DNA from: Bacteroidota bacterium
Lineage (GTDB): Bacteria > Bacteroidota > Bacteroidia > Flavobacteriales > Flavobacteriaceae
Length of the DNA stretch: 64,000 nt
Assembly: GCA_023434025.1 (NCBI GenBank)
Contig: JAEYTL010000045.1
Span: 1,892-65,891, forward strand
Direction of reading: 5' to 3'
The position numbers were made by a program, and so were the translations under genes. Below, one piece after another: positions 10,687-20,826 of this stretch; the first letter of the stretch is position 1, and the number at the start of each line of letters is the position of its first letter. A model generated the notes under the pieces. The model did not search any database. It worked only from the letters and a program-made list of their open reading frames with translations, and was not told where the DNA came from.

Positions 10687-10694
10687 TAAATTTG
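10687..10694 (+). promoter_or_regulatory. candidate -7 promoter box (TAAATTTG)
   Basis: Matches TAnnTTTG, 57 nt upstream of the ATG at 10751. Confidence 0.35.
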
Positions 10695-10750
10695 CAAGGT
10701 TTTAAGGTTTCCAAAAACAAGAGAAGTTTGCCTTGACTAACATATTTTTT

Positions 10751-11791
10751 ATGAAAGAACAGATAAAAGCTTACAATAGTGTATTGGATTTAATTGGGAA
10801 TACACCGTTAATTAAACTCAATAGGATTACAGAGAATTTAGAAGGTAATTTTTATGCAAAGGTTGAATCGTTCAACCCCGGTCATTCTACCAAAGACAGA
10901 ATTGCTCTCTATATTATTGAAGAAGCTGAAAGGCAAGGAATACTTTCTCCGGGAGACACTATTATTGAAACCACTTCCGGTAACACGGGCTTTAGTCTGG
11001 CGATGGTGAGCATTATCAAAGGTTATAACTGTATCTTAGCCGTGAGTTCCAAATCATCACGTGACAAAATTGATATGTTGCGAAGCATGGGAGCCAAGGT
11101 CTATGTTTGTCCCGCTCACGTATCAGCTGACGATGAACGTTCTTATTATAACGTAGCCAAACGCTTGCACGAAGAAACAAAAGGTTCCATTTATATCAAT
11201 CAATATTTTAACCAGCTTAATATTGATGCCCACTACAAAACTACCGGACCCGAAATCTGGGAACAGACCAATGGACAGATTACGCACTTGATTGCCTGTA
11301 GCGGAACGGGTGGTACTTTGTCCGGAGCCGCAAAATTTTTAAAAGAAAAAAACCCGAATATCAGAATCTTAGGCGTTGATGCTTATGGTTCGGTATTGAA
11401 AAAATACCACGAAACCAAGGAATTTGACAGCGAAGAGATTTACCCGTATCGTATAGAAGGGTTGGGTAAAAACCTGATCCCCACCGCTACTGATTTTGAT
11501 GTGATTGATAAATTTATCAAAGTGACAGACGAAGAAAGTGCTCATACTACCCGCGAAATAGCTGTTAAAGAAGGTTTGTTTGTTGGTTATACTTCCGGTG
11601 CAGTAGTACAGGCTATCCGACAATTTGCGGAAGAAGGTGAGTTTACGGCTGATTCAAACGTAATCGCTATTTTTCCGGATCACGGATCACGCTATATGAG
11701 CAAGGTATTCAGCGATGACTGGATGAATGAACAAGGGTTCTTTGACAGTGTGAATCTGGAAGAAGTTCAGAAGATAGAATTTATAAAATAA
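10751..11791 (+). CDS. PLP-dependent cysteine synthase/cystathionine beta-synthase family enzyme
   Basis: PLP-lysine motif [17 protein letters not shown] loop and GTGGTLSG glycine loop. There is no C-terminal CBS pair. I moved the start to the ATG at 10751. Confidence 0.85.
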   Translation: MKEQIKAYNSVLDLIGNTPLIKLNRITENLEGNFYAKVESFNPGHSTKDRIALYIIEEAERQGILSPGDTIIETTSGNTGFSLAMVSIIKGYNCILAVSSKSSRDKIDMLRSMGAKVYVCPAHVSADDERSYYNVAKRLHEETKGSIYINQYFNQLNIDAHYKTTGPEIWEQTNGQITHLIACSGTGGTLSGAAKFLKEKNPNIRILGVDAYGSVLKKYHETKEFDSEEIYPYRIEGLGKNLIPTATDFDVIDKFIKVTDEESAHTTREIAVKEGLFVGYTSGAVVQAIRQFAEEGEFTADSNVIAIFPDHGSRYMSKVFSDDWMNEQGFFDSVNLEEVQKIEFIK

Positions 11792-11794
11792 AAT

Positions 11795-11822
11795 AAAAGC
11801 CCGGTTCATCCGGGTTTTTTTA
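11795..11822 (+). terminator. rho-independent terminator
   Basis: AAAAGCCCGG-TTCAT-CCGGGTTTTTTT immediately after the stop at 11791. It may also serve the convergent gene that ends at 11894. Confidence 0.65.
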
Positions 11823-11893
11823 TTGAAAATATTTCTGAATTTTTCAGAAGCAAGAGTGAATTTTTTCTGTAAGTTGTTTTCAGCTTTAATATG

Positions 11894-12835
11894 TCAGTTT
11901 AAAAAATCGATTATTTTTTGATTGACCTTTTCCGGCTGATCTATTGTTAAAAAGTGTCCGGCATTTTCAACAATCAGGGTTTCTCCTTTTGGCAGAAGTT
12001 TATCTCCTTTTTCAAGGCTTTTTTCCGAATTAACAATGTCATGATCACCAATCATGATTAGGACTGGGATATTGATTTTTTCAATTTCTTCTTTCGAAAA
12101 AGGCTGCATCTGGAGAAAGCTCATATTCGTTTTGGCAAATTTGTTTGCCAGATAAAATTGATTCCTATAAACCATGTCTATTTTCTCCGGATAATAAGCA
12201 AAAGCATTTAATGTTTTGGCCAGCTTTTTTTTATTCGGAAAAAGTTTGAACAGGAGGGCAGAAGATGCCTTGTGCATTTTATCTAAATTTTCAAGGGTTT
12301 GTGCCGGACTTAGCAAGACCATTTTGCGAATAATGCTGTTTTCCTGTGTGGCGAGCAGGGTTGCCAGCCAACCGCCACGGGAAGCTCCCACTACCTTGAT
12401 GTCTTTTAGGTTGTAATGCTTGAAAATTTCATTGTACCACACAACGGTTTGCTCTTTTGATATTGTTTCTCCGCAGGAAACAGATTTGCCGGGTTCCATT
12501 AAAAAATCGATAGCATACACACGGTGGTTTTTGGCCAGTGCCTTAATATTAGGGTACCACATAGTTGAACTGGCATCCATGCCGTGTAACAGAATAAGCG
12601 GTTCGGCATTTTTAGGTCCGCAAAGAATAACATGAGCAGTGCCGTAGCTTGTTTTGATGTTTTCTTCTTCAAAAGGAACTTTCCAAAGTTTTAACGTTTC
12701 ATTGTAGGCTTTGATATAACGGGCACGTTCCTCTTTTTTCCGGAATACATAATCATCTATGCGGGTGCTTTTTTGGCTGTTACAGCCGCACAAGATAATG
12801 ATTGCGGGTAGTAAAAAAACAAAAGATTTAAACAT
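11894..12835 (-). CDS. alpha/beta hydrolase fold lipoprotein
   Basis: 313 aa. Lipobox IILCGC, HG oxyanion motif (LILLHGMDAS), nucleophile elbow GASRGG, and a late GDHD and GH (NAGHF). Confidence 0.8.
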   Translation of the reverse strand: MFKSFVFLLPAIIILCGCNSQKSTRIDDYVFRKKEERARYIKAYNETLKLWKVPFEEENIKTSYGTAHVILCGPKNAEPLILLHGMDASSTMWYPNIKALAKNHRVYAIDFLMEPGKSVSCGETISKEQTVVWYNEIFKHYNLKDIKVVGASRGGWLATLLATQENSIIRKMVLLSPAQTLENLDKMHKASSALLFKLFPNKKKLAKTLNAFAYYPEKIDMVYRNQFYLANKFAKTNMSFLQMQPFSKEEIEKINIPVLIMIGDHDIVNSEKSLEKGDKLLPKGETLIVENAGHFLTIDQPEKVNQKIIDFLN

Positions 12836-12955
12836 ACGGTTGAATTTGAGTTGTAAATTAAGAAATTTAATGGTTGTTTGTACATTTTAATGAAAAATGA
12901 CTCCAATAAAAAACTCCCTTTTTCAAGAGAGTCTTTATGTTTAACGTAATGATTC

Positions 12956-13666
12956 TTATTCCTGCATGGTGTGATACACATTCATCACATCGTCATCTTC
13001 TTCAATCTTTTCCAGTAATTTTTCCACATCAGCCACTTGTTCAGCAGTTAGTTCCTTGGTAATTTGCGGAATTCTTTCGAAACCGGATGATAAAATTTCA
13101 ATATTTCTGTTTTCCAGTTCTTTTTGAATCGCCCCAAAGCTTTCAAATGGAGCATACATCACGATACCGTCTTCGTCGGCAAAAATTTCTTCGACGCCAA
13201 AATCAATCATTTCCAGTTCCAGGTCATCTACATTCTGGCCTTCTGCCGGGATTCTGAAATTACAGGTGTGGTCAAACATGAATTCAACCGAACCCTGTGT
13301 TCCCAGGGCACCGTTACATTTGTTAAAGTAACTTCTGATGTTGGCCACCGTACGGTTGTTGTTATCGGTAGCAGTTTCAATCAGAACAGCAATACCATGC
13401 GGAGCATAACCTTCAAATAAAACTTCTTTAAAGTTGGCCGTGTCTTTGTCTGATGCTTTTTTAATAGCCCTTTCCACGTTGTCCTTCGGCATATTGGCTG
13501 CCTTGGCATTCTGAATAACGGCTCTTAACCGCGAGTTGGTTTCAGGGTTTGGTCCGCCTTCTTTCACGGCCATAACGATATCTTTTCCAATTCGGGTAAA
13601 TGTTTTGGCCATGGCTGACCAACGTTTCATTTTACGTGCTTTTCTAAATTCAAACGCTCTTCCCAT
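12956..13666 (-). CDS. YebC/PmpR family DNA-binding transcriptional regulator
   Basis: 236 aa. MGRAFEFRKARKMKRWSAMAKTFTRIGKDI and NLRAVIQNAKAANMPKDNVERAIKKA are near-invariant YebC signatures. Confidence 0.92.
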   Translation of the reverse strand: MGRAFEFRKARKMKRWSAMAKTFTRIGKDIVMAVKEGGPNPETNSRLRAVIQNAKAANMPKDNVERAIKKASDKDTANFKEVLFEGYAPHGIAVLIETATDNNNRTVANIRSYFNKCNGALGTQGSVEFMFDHTCNFRIPAEGQNVDDLELEMIDFGVEEIFADEDGIVMYAPFESFGAIQKELENRNIEILSSGFERIPQITKELTAEQVADVEKLLEKIEEDDDVMNVYHTMQE

Positions 13667-13754
13667 TTCTACTTTATTTCAATATTATAAGTTCGTTGTT
13701 CAATGCTCAAATTGTTGTGCAAAAATAAGATTTAAACCATTATTTCAAAATCTT

Positions 13755-14837
13755 TTACTTTTTATAAAACGGCATTTTTACCACTTTTGCGGCTACTTTA
13801 TTGTTTCTGATCTGAATAAAGATTTCAGAATCAACGGCAGAAAATGCGGTTTTTACATAGCCCATACCAATTCCTTTTCCCAAAGACGGAGCCATGGTCC
13901 CGGAAGTTACGATGCCAATGTTGTTTCCGTCGGCATCAACAATTTCATAATCATGACGCGGGATACCTCTTTCCAACAGTTCAAAACCTACCAACTTTCT
14001 GGAAACACCCTCTTCTTTTTGTTTTTTCAGGTTTGCGGAATTAACGAAATCCTTGGTGAATTTTGTGATCCATCCCAATCCGGCTTCAATAGGCGAAGTA
14101 GTATCGTTAATGTCGTTTCCGTACAGGCAAAAGCCCATCTCCAGACGCAATGTATCGCGGGCAGCTAAGCCGATTGGTTTGATACCGAATGAGGCTCCGG
14201 CTTCAAATACCTTGTTCCACACTTGTTCTACTTCTGAATTTTTACAATAGATTTCAAATCCGCCGGAGCCGGTGTAGCCCGTAGCCGAAATAATGACATG
14301 TTCAATTCCGGCAAAATCAGCCACCTCAAAATGATAATACTTGATTGCCGATAAATCAACAGAGGTTAACGGCTGCATAGCCTCAACTGCTTTAGGTCCC
14401 TGAATGGCCAGAAGTGAATAATCATCAGAAAGGTTCTTCATTTCTACTCCCAAATCATTGTATGATGAGATCCAGTTCCAGTCTTTTTCAATATTGGAAG
14501 CATTTACAACCAACAAGTACTGCTCGTCTTTGATTTTATAAATAATTAAATCATCCACAATACCGCCTTCATTGTTGGGTAAACAGGAATATTGTGCCTT
14601 GCCTGCCGTTAACACAGCAGCGTCATTTGAGGTTACTTTTTGAATGAGGGCAAGGGCATCAGGGCCGGTTAATAAAAATTCGCCCATGTGCGACACGTCA
14701 AAAACGCCTACGCCATTGCGAACCGTTTCATGTTCTGCGGTTACTCCTTCATACTGTACCGGCATATTGTATCCGGCAAAGGGAACCATTTTTGCTCCCA
14801 GACTTTCGTGAATGTGCGATAACGCTGTATTTTTCAT
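13755..14837 (-). CDS. gcvT: glycine cleavage system aminomethyltransferase (T protein)
   Basis: 360 aa. [40 protein letters not shown] and [10 protein letters not shown] are classical GcvT motifs. Confidence 0.93.
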   Translation of the reverse strand: MKNTALSHIHESLGAKMVPFAGYNMPVQYEGVTAEHETVRNGVGVFDVSHMGEFLLTGPDALALIQKVTSNDAAVLTAGKAQYSCLPNNEGGIVDDLIIYKIKDEQYLLVVNASNIEKDWNWISSYNDLGVEMKNLSDDYSLLAIQGPKAVEAMQPLTSVDLSAIKYYHFEVADFAGIEHVIISATGYTGSGGFEIYCKNSEVEQVWNKVFEAGASFGIKPIGLAARDTLRLEMGFCLYGNDINDTTSPIEAGLGWITKFTKDFVNSANLKKQKEEGVSRKLVGFELLERGIPRHDYEIVDADGNNIGIVTSGTMAPSLGKGIGMGYVKTAFSAVDSEIFIQIRNNKVAAKVVKMPFYKK

Positions 14838-15053
14838 TGGTATGCTGTGTGAAATTTGAAGTGGCTAATTTATTAAAAATAATGCGATTTTTGATTTAAA
14901 AAAAGCGTATAAATTAGCTATTCGTTAAAAAAACATTCCATAACTCATTATTCTTGTATTAATCGAATTTAGGCTAAAAAATATTTTTAATCACAATCCA
15001 AAAACCTATATTTACTTTTTAATATTAATATTGATTACGATTTAACCGATTGC

Positions 15054-16193
15054 ATGAAGCCAGCTGAAAATACAATACCACAACAGCCAGAAAAAGATAT
15101 CATTGAACCTCAGCTTAATTTACTTTTAACGACCGATGAAGAGGATGACAGACCCGTGTATATTGCAGGGAATTTTAACAACTGGGTTACGCAGGACAGA
15201 GCCTTTCAGATGGAAAAAGTAGGAAAAGGGCTGTATCATTTTAAATTTCCAGCCGATTTTAGCTATCCTGATGAATTGTTGTATAAATTTACAAGAGGCG
15301 ATTGGAGTGAAGTAGAGATTGACAAATACGGAAACAGAACCGAAAACAGGTCATGCCGTCAGCACAATGGCGTGCGGAAAGAGCATGTGGCAAAGTGGCG
15401 ACGGAACTGGTTGCCGTTTAAACCCAATTTTTTGCCTAAAGTACATTTGATTTCCAGTGAGTTTGAAATCCCGCAGCTGAACAAAACCCGCAAGGTATGG
15501 GCTTTGCTGCCGCATGATTATGAAACCTCTGCCGAACGTTATCCGGTGATGTACTTACAGGATGCCCAAAACCTGTTTAATGAGCAGGCAAAATACGGCA
15601 ATTGGGAAATAGATAAAAAGCTGGCCGTTATGGCAGAGTACAATATTGGTAAAATCATCGTCATTGCTGTTGAGCATGCGGATAATGAACGTATATTGGA
15701 ATACAATGTGGGCAATACAGTTTTAGGAGCCGGACAAGGCAAGAAATACATCCGGTTTCTGACCGATACCTTAAAACCTTTTGTGGACGAAAATTTCCGG
15801 ACAAAACCGGATCGTGAATTTACAGGTATCGGAGGCAGTTCGATGGGCGGACTGGTCAGTATTTTTAGTGGGATTATGTATCCGGAAGTATTTGGTAAAC
15901 TGATGGTGTTTTCCCCTTCGCTTTGGGTAGTTCCCAAGATCAAACTGTCGTTTTTAGATATGGAAGAACCGCAGAACACCCGGATTTACCTGTATGCCGG
16001 TGGAGATGAAAGTGTTACGATGATTGATCATGTAAAGAATTTCAGAAAACGATTGCTTAAAAAAGATGCACTGAATGATAAAATGAAAGTACGGCTGAGT
16101 ATTAATGAACAAGGCAAACACAATGAAATATATTGGAGCGACGAATTTCCGAAAGCGATAGAATGGTTGTTTTTCAGTTCAAAAGAAGATTAG
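15054..16193 (+). CDS. esterase-D-like alpha/beta hydrolase with an N-terminal CBM48/AMPK-beta-like carbohydrate-binding module
   Basis: The N-terminus (VYIAGNFNNWV ... LYKFTRGDWSEVE) resembles glycogen-binding modules. The C-terminus (YPVMYLQDAQNLF ... GIGGSSMGGL) matches the putative esterase family. Confidence 0.72.
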   Translation: MKPAENTIPQQPEKDIIEPQLNLLLTTDEEDDRPVYIAGNFNNWVTQDRAFQMEKVGKGLYHFKFPADFSYPDELLYKFTRGDWSEVEIDKYGNRTENRSCRQHNGVRKEHVAKWRRNWLPFKPNFLPKVHLISSEFEIPQLNKTRKVWALLPHDYETSAERYPVMYLQDAQNLFNEQAKYGNWEIDKKLAVMAEYNIGKIIVIAVEHADNERILEYNVGNTVLGAGQGKKYIRFLTDTLKPFVDENFRTKPDREFTGIGGSSMGGLVSIFSGIMYPEVFGKLMVFSPSLWVVPKIKLSFLDMEEPQNTRIYLYAGGDESVTMIDHVKNFRKRLLKKDALNDKMKVRLSINEQGKHNEIYWSDEFPKAIEWLFFSSKED

Positions 16194-16201
16194 AAAAATA
16201 T

Positions 16202-17614
16202 ATGATAATTAATTATTTACAAAAGGTTACTTCAACAGAAAATTTAGTATTGGTTCCGGTAACAGAAACGGATGAAACCGTCCAGTTTTTATCCATAGCG
16301 GTTTCCAATGCTGTATTTTCCGGAAAAAAAGAAACGACCTATGCGATAGAAAAAGTAGGAGTTGTTTATTTATTCATCGGATTGGGAAAAACACCTGATT
16401 TCAGCAGTGTTAAAAAAATATTCAGACGTATTGCCCATCAGCAAATGAACTTTTTTAAAAAGGAAACGTCGTTATGCCTGCCTGATTTTTTTACGGATGA
16501 ATGGGTTACCGCTGCTGTAAACGGATTAACCTTAGGAACGTATCAGGTGGGGCATTATAAAAAAGAAAAGAAAGTACATCCGTTGCTGGATGAAGCAAAC
16601 TGTTTAAATATTATTTCAGCAAGATCAATTGAAAAAGCGGTTGAACGCGGTTTAAAAATAGCCTCAGCCCAACTGGAAACATTTCTTCTGGTCGATTTGC
16701 CGCCTAATACCGTTACGCCAAAGTATCTGGCTGACTGGGCTGTTGAAAAGGGAAAGAAATATGGCTTTACAGTAGAAGTTTTTGACCGGAAAAAGGCAAA
16801 GGAGATGGGTTTGGATGCGTTTGTAGCCGTTGGAAAAGGTAGTGCCAATGAACCGCAGTTTATCGTGATGGATTACCATCCGGAAAAGGCTCAGAAGCAT
16901 ATTGGTCTGGTCGGAAAAGGTATTACGTTTGATACGGGTGGACTTAACATTAAAACAGCCGGAATGGTACACATGAAATGTGATATGGCCGGAGGCGGTG
17001 CTGTTTTGGGAGCCATGCAGTTAATCGCCGATTTAAAATTGCCTTATCGTGTAACGGCTGTTGTGCCTGCCTGTGAAAATTCGGTTGATGCCCATTCGTT
17101 TTTACCCAGTGATGTAATCGGCAGCTACAGTGGTCATTCGATTGAAATTATTGACACGGATGCCGAAGGACGGTTGATTCTGGCTGATGGTCTGTCCTAT
17201 CTGATTAAAAACTATCAACCGGAAACCATCATTGATATTGCTACTTTGACAGGCAGCAGTGTGGCAACTTTTGGGTATGAATGCGGAGCATTATTTACGA
17301 ACAACGAATCACTTTCTAAAAAGATTCAGGAGACGGGGATGAAGATCGGGGAGCGGTTATGGCCTTTGCCTTTGTGGGACAGCTATAAAACAGATATAGA
17401 GAGTGAAATAGCCGATGTAAAAAATTTTTCAGGCAAACCCGTAGCCGGAGCAATATCTGCGGCAAAGTTCTTAGAGTTTTTTACGGAAAATCACCCTGCC
17501 TGGGCACACTTGGATATTGCCGGAGTCTCATTTACGGACGATGAATTTGCCAAAACCAAGCATGCCTCAGCCTTTGGGGTGCATTTGATTACTAATTTTA
17601 TCGAAAACCAATAA
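16202..17614 (+). CDS. pepA: M17 leucyl aminopeptidase
   Basis: VGKGITFDTGGLNIKT, MKCDMAGGGAV, NTDAEGRL-type motif (IIDTDAEGRLILAD) and ATLTGS. I set the start at the ATG at 16202, after the upstream stop at 16193, not the overlapping tracked start at 16133. Confidence 0.88.
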   Translation: MIINYLQKVTSTENLVLVPVTETDETVQFLSIAVSNAVFSGKKETTYAIEKVGVVYLFIGLGKTPDFSSVKKIFRRIAHQQMNFFKKETSLCLPDFFTDEWVTAAVNGLTLGTYQVGHYKKEKKVHPLLDEANCLNIISARSIEKAVERGLKIASAQLETFLLVDLPPNTVTPKYLADWAVEKGKKYGFTVEVFDRKKAKEMGLDAFVAVGKGSANEPQFIVMDYHPEKAQKHIGLVGKGITFDTGGLNIKTAGMVHMKCDMAGGGAVLGAMQLIADLKLPYRVTAVVPACENSVDAHSFLPSDVIGSYSGHSIEIIDTDAEGRLILADGLSYLIKNYQPETIIDIATLTGSSVATFGYECGALFTNNESLSKKIQETGMKIGERLWPLPLWDSYKTDIESEIADVKNFSGKPVAGAISAAKFLEFFTENHPAWAHLDIAGVSFTDDEFAKTKHASAFGVHLITNFIENQ

Positions 17615-17617
17615 TTT

Positions 17618-18835
17618 ATGGAGAATAATACCAAAACCTTCATTTGTATTTCCAATTATTTTAAAGGAAACGACTTTCTGGTTAATATGAAGCAGTTAGG
17701 CAATAGAGTTTTTTTGATTACTTCGGAGAAACTGCGGGATAAACCCTGGGCTTTTGATGCGATTGATGAAATCTATTACATGCCCGGCCAGGATATAGAC
17801 TGGGATCTGGATATGCTTCTGCACGGGGTAGCCGGATTGATGCGTAAAGAAAAGATCGATGCCATTGTAGCTTTGGATGATTTTGACGTGGAAAAAGCCA
17901 CATTTTTACGAGAAAACCTCAGAATGGACGGAATGGGACAAACCACCGGCAGGTATTTCAGGGACAAGCTGGCCATGCGTGTCAAAGCTCAGTCTGAAGG
18001 AGTTCCGGTACCGGCCTTCAGTGCCTTGTTTAATGATGATTACATCAATCATTTTGCCGATACCGTTTCGCCTCCCTGGGTTTTAAAACCACGTTCAGAA
18101 GCTTCTGCTTCCGGAATCATGAAAGTGCATTCTAAAGAAGAACTATGGCATAAAATCCATGAGTTGGGAGACAACCGCATTAAGTACCTGGTGGAGCAAT
18201 TTAAACCCGGAGCAGTTTATCATTGTGACGGATTGAATTTTAACGGAAAAGTTTTATTCAGCATAACATCGCAGTACCTGGCTACACCGATGGAAATTTC
18301 ACAAGGTGGCGGAATTTTCAGAAGTGCCAATATTCCGTATAATTCTGCTGATGACAAAGCGATTAAGAAAGTGAACGAGCAGGTGATGAAAGCGTTTGGC
18401 ATGAAACACGGAGCCACACACACCGAATTTATCAAATGCAATGAAGACGGAAAGATTTACTTTTTAGAAACCTCTTCCCGTGTGGGCGGTGCTCACCTGG
18501 CGGAAATGGTGGAAGCCGCTTCCGGAATTAATCTGTGGGGCGGATGGGCAAAAATTGAAGATGCACTGGTGAGGGGAGAAGTATACAACGTTCCTTTACA
18601 AAAAAAACAATTTGCCGGTATTGTGTTGACGTTGTCTAAATTTGAGCATCCGGATCTGAGTGGGTTTAACGATAGTGAAGTGTGTTTCCGTGTCCCGCTG
18701 GAATACCATGCCGGATTGATTGTAAAATCAGAAAAACATGAGCGGGTTAGGGAATTATTAGATGATTATGCAGAACGGCTGGTAAAGGATTTTGCTACGG
18801 TTGCACAGCAAGAGAAGGTAAAAAAGTTGCATTAA
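17618..18835 (+). CDS. ATP-grasp domain ligase (unknown substrate)
   Basis: 405 aa, starting 4 nt after the pepA stop. ATP-grasp pattern: PWVLKPRSEASASGI (K-loop), LVEQF, GATHTEF, YFLETSSRVGGAH. Confidence 0.78.
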   Translation: MENNTKTFICISNYFKGNDFLVNMKQLGNRVFLITSEKLRDKPWAFDAIDEIYYMPGQDIDWDLDMLLHGVAGLMRKEKIDAIVALDDFDVEKATFLRENLRMDGMGQTTGRYFRDKLAMRVKAQSEGVPVPAFSALFNDDYINHFADTVSPPWVLKPRSEASASGIMKVHSKEELWHKIHELGDNRIKYLVEQFKPGAVYHCDGLNFNGKVLFSITSQYLATPMEISQGGGIFRSANIPYNSADDKAIKKVNEQVMKAFGMKHGATHTEFIKCNEDGKIYFLETSSRVGGAHLAEMVEAASGINLWGGWAKIEDALVRGEVYNVPLQKKQFAGIVLTLSKFEHPDLSGFNDSEVCFRVPLEYHAGLIVKSEKHERVRELLDDYAERLVKDFATVAQQEKVKKLH

Positions 18836-18853
18836 CATATACTATTTTTATTT

Positions 18854-18908
18854 ACCATATAAGTCATATAAGTTTTTATTGTTTTTAAACTTATATGACT
18901 TATATGGT
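18854..18908. repeat. 22-bp perfect inverted repeat built from a duplicated 9-mer (CATATAAGT x2 / ACTTATATG x2)
   Basis: ACCATATAAGTCATATAAGTTT (18854-18875), about 11-nt loop, AAACTTATATGACTTATATGGT (18887-18908). There is no clear T-run after it. Confidence 0.7.
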
Positions 18909-18922
18909 TTAAAATATTTGAT

Positions 18923-19471
18923 TTGAAGAAATATAATTCATATAACTTCCACAAACACACCTTTTGTCTTTGGACAGAAATTTCTCAAACGGATTTTGAG
19001 TTACAGAAACCCCAGTTCAAAAGTAAATCGGGCAGTGAATATTTTTTTACAGAAGAAGGCGTTTATCGCATTTCTAACCATTGGGGACGGGTTGCCAATT
19101 GCCGTTGGCGGTTGTTACCGTTGGCCGACTATAAAAGCCAATATACCAAAATAGGTTTTGCTCAATGGACCGGTTTTTATCCGAATAACGAAACCGCCAA
19201 TTTATTCTTTATTCAAGTGGACTTTGAACAGAAAACAGTTGATTTTTTTCATAAAGAGATGCCGTTTTATGATGGAAAGGCTACTTTGCGAAATGCCTCG
19301 GAAACTGCCAAAACAATAAAAAGGATTAAACAAGTTTTAAATGAAGAGAACTGGGCAAAGTATCTTGAGCATGTAGATTTGGATAGTTTACGGAGAGAAG
19401 TGGTTGAAAAAATTATAAATTCGGAACTAAGTTTTAATGAAATTAAAAGAAAATACGGTTATATTTTTTAA
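18923..19471 (+). CDS. hypothetical protein
   Basis: 182-aa ORF with a TTG start and no recognisable family. It fills an otherwise non-coding gap between two convergent operons. Confidence 0.5.
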   Translation: MKKYNSYNFHKHTFCLWTEISQTDFELQKPQFKSKSGSEYFFTEEGVYRISNHWGRVANCRWRLLPLADYKSQYTKIGFAQWTGFYPNNETANLFFIQVDFEQKTVDFFHKEMPFYDGKATLRNASETAKTIKRIKQVLNEENWAKYLEHVDLDSLRREVVEKIINSELSFNEIKRKYGYIF

Positions 19472-19563
19472 CATTAAGTAGTTAAGAATGATTAAGGTCT
19501 TTCATTAAGACTAAAAACATAGTGAAATTATCTTAACGTCTTAAAGGTTTAAAAATATAAATA

Positions 19564-20781
19564 CTATCTCTCAAACATTCCCACCGTTCCACCAACCCAA
19601 TCTTTATCTTTATTGAATTTCACACCAATCATTTCACCACGGCTCAGTCGGACTAAATTGGTTACCGGAATGGGAGCAGGGGCATTTTTAGGCCAGACAC
19701 ATAAAATCCGGACTTCTGTTTTTACTTTGCCGTCCGGTGATTGAATGACGGGCAGGTAGTTTACTTTTTTCTGTAGAATGTATAAGTCTTTTTCAGTAAC
19801 AGCTTCGATGTCTTCTTTTTTAACGTGGAAGATGACACCGCTTCCGGAGAAGGAAAACAAGGGTTTGAGAACGTAATTTTCTAAATCGGCCGGAATTTCG
19901 TTTAAATCGCTTAATAAGGAGGTTTCAATAAAATAATTACCTTTTAAATATGGCAAAATAAATTTACTGATGCGGAAAAACCAATTCGGATGCCCGGCCC
20001 ATTCTACGTCTAAATCGGCAGAAAAATCAAAGTTGAGCTGCAGATCGGTACGCAAATCCAGTTCGTCAAAAATAACCCGGTTATAAATGCGTTTTACTTC
20101 AGTTTCAACGCCTTTATTGTTGGTATAAAACAGTTTTCTTCCTTTTTGAATTAACTCTGTCACACAAACTACCGGAATACCAATATCGCGTTTACAATAG
20201 TAAAAATCAATCTTGGTATTTTGCTTTTCGGGTTCAATTTCCAGCAGAATAACATTTTCTTTCGGATGATTATTACAGATTACGTCTTCGATCAACTTCA
20301 GATATGACTCGTTATCCAATCCGTTCAGGTAAGGCGTCAATTTGTCTAGAAAAGGGTAGAGGGCCGCAAACTTCTGATACAAATGATTCTGAAAATTAAA
20401 CAGCGAGGGGAAGCCTTGGACTTCTATTAATTTCGGTATAATTTTTCCATCTTCTTCGCAAATCCCGAAATCAATGGCTAAAAATGTGGTGTGAATATCT
20501 TCGTTAGGAACTTTTCTGTTTAGTTCTAATGCTTTGTTTGTTAGTTCTTTGAATGTGCTTTGCTGAATGAATTTTATAACTTCATCGCAACCTTCCAACA
20601 ATTGATTTTTCAGCTCGTTTGGAATAAAAAAAGGCGTTTCTCCAATTCTGAACGTTGGTTTATAATCAAAATCGGCGGTAATCGAATTGATTAACCGGTT
20701 ATATTTTTCGGGAGAGAATTCCTCGTTAAATTGTTTTCGGAAAGCTGGATTCATAAGAGCATTATTTTTTAAAAAAGGCAC
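19564..20781 (-). CDS. hypothetical protein, possible divergent ATP-grasp/GspS-like amidoligase
   Basis: 405 aa. YVLKPLFSFSGSGVIF resembles the ATP-grasp Lys-loop and LIEVQGFPSL resembles the Mg/ATP E-x-N/Q strand. The order of these motifs is atypical. The gene call is solid but the function is tentative. Confidence 0.5.
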   Translation of the reverse strand: MPFLKNNALMNPAFRKQFNEEFSPEKYNRLINSITADFDYKPTFRIGETPFFIPNELKNQLLEGCDEVIKFIQQSTFKELTNKALELNRKVPNEDIHTTFLAIDFGICEEDGKIIPKLIEVQGFPSLFNFQNHLYQKFAALYPFLDKLTPYLNGLDNESYLKLIEDVICNNHPKENVILLEIEPEKQNTKIDFYYCKRDIGIPVVCVTELIQKGRKLFYTNNKGVETEVKRIYNRVIFDELDLRTDLQLNFDFSADLDVEWAGHPNWFFRISKFILPYLKGNYFIETSLLSDLNEIPADLENYVLKPLFSFSGSGVIFHVKKEDIEAVTEKDLYILQKKVNYLPVIQSPDGKVKTEVRILCVWPKNAPAPIPVTNLVRLSRGEMIGVKFNKDKDWVGGTVGMFER

Positions 20782-20826
20782 AAAAGAAAATACCAGTGTG
20801 CCTTTTAGAAATTTAAAATTTGAAAC

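Noticed and set aside
13536-14168. 210-aa plus-strand ORF spanning the YebC/GcvT junction
   Set aside because: It is antisense to two highly conserved genes and crosses their intergenic region, so it is a frame artefact.
14838-15053. Glycine riboswitch upstream of gcvT
   Set aside because: I looked on the minus strand for the conserved GGAGAG / CACCGAAGGGGCAA-type cores. The region is very AT-rich and neither aptamer core is present.
15539-15979. 146-aa minus-strand ORF inside the CBM-esterase gene
   Set aside because: It is antisense to a gene with clear esterase motifs.
16133-16201. Upstream extension of the M17 aminopeptidase ORF overlapping the preceding gene by 61 nt
   Set aside because: The extension (MERRISESDRMVVFQFKRRLEKY) has no counterpart in PepA N-termini. 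The ATG at 16202 follows the upstream stop directly.
19472-19563. TTAAGAC ... GTCTTAA 7-bp inverted repeat between convergent genes
   Set aside because: The stem is short and AT-rich with an approximately 30-nt loop, too weak to call a terminator or any other element.
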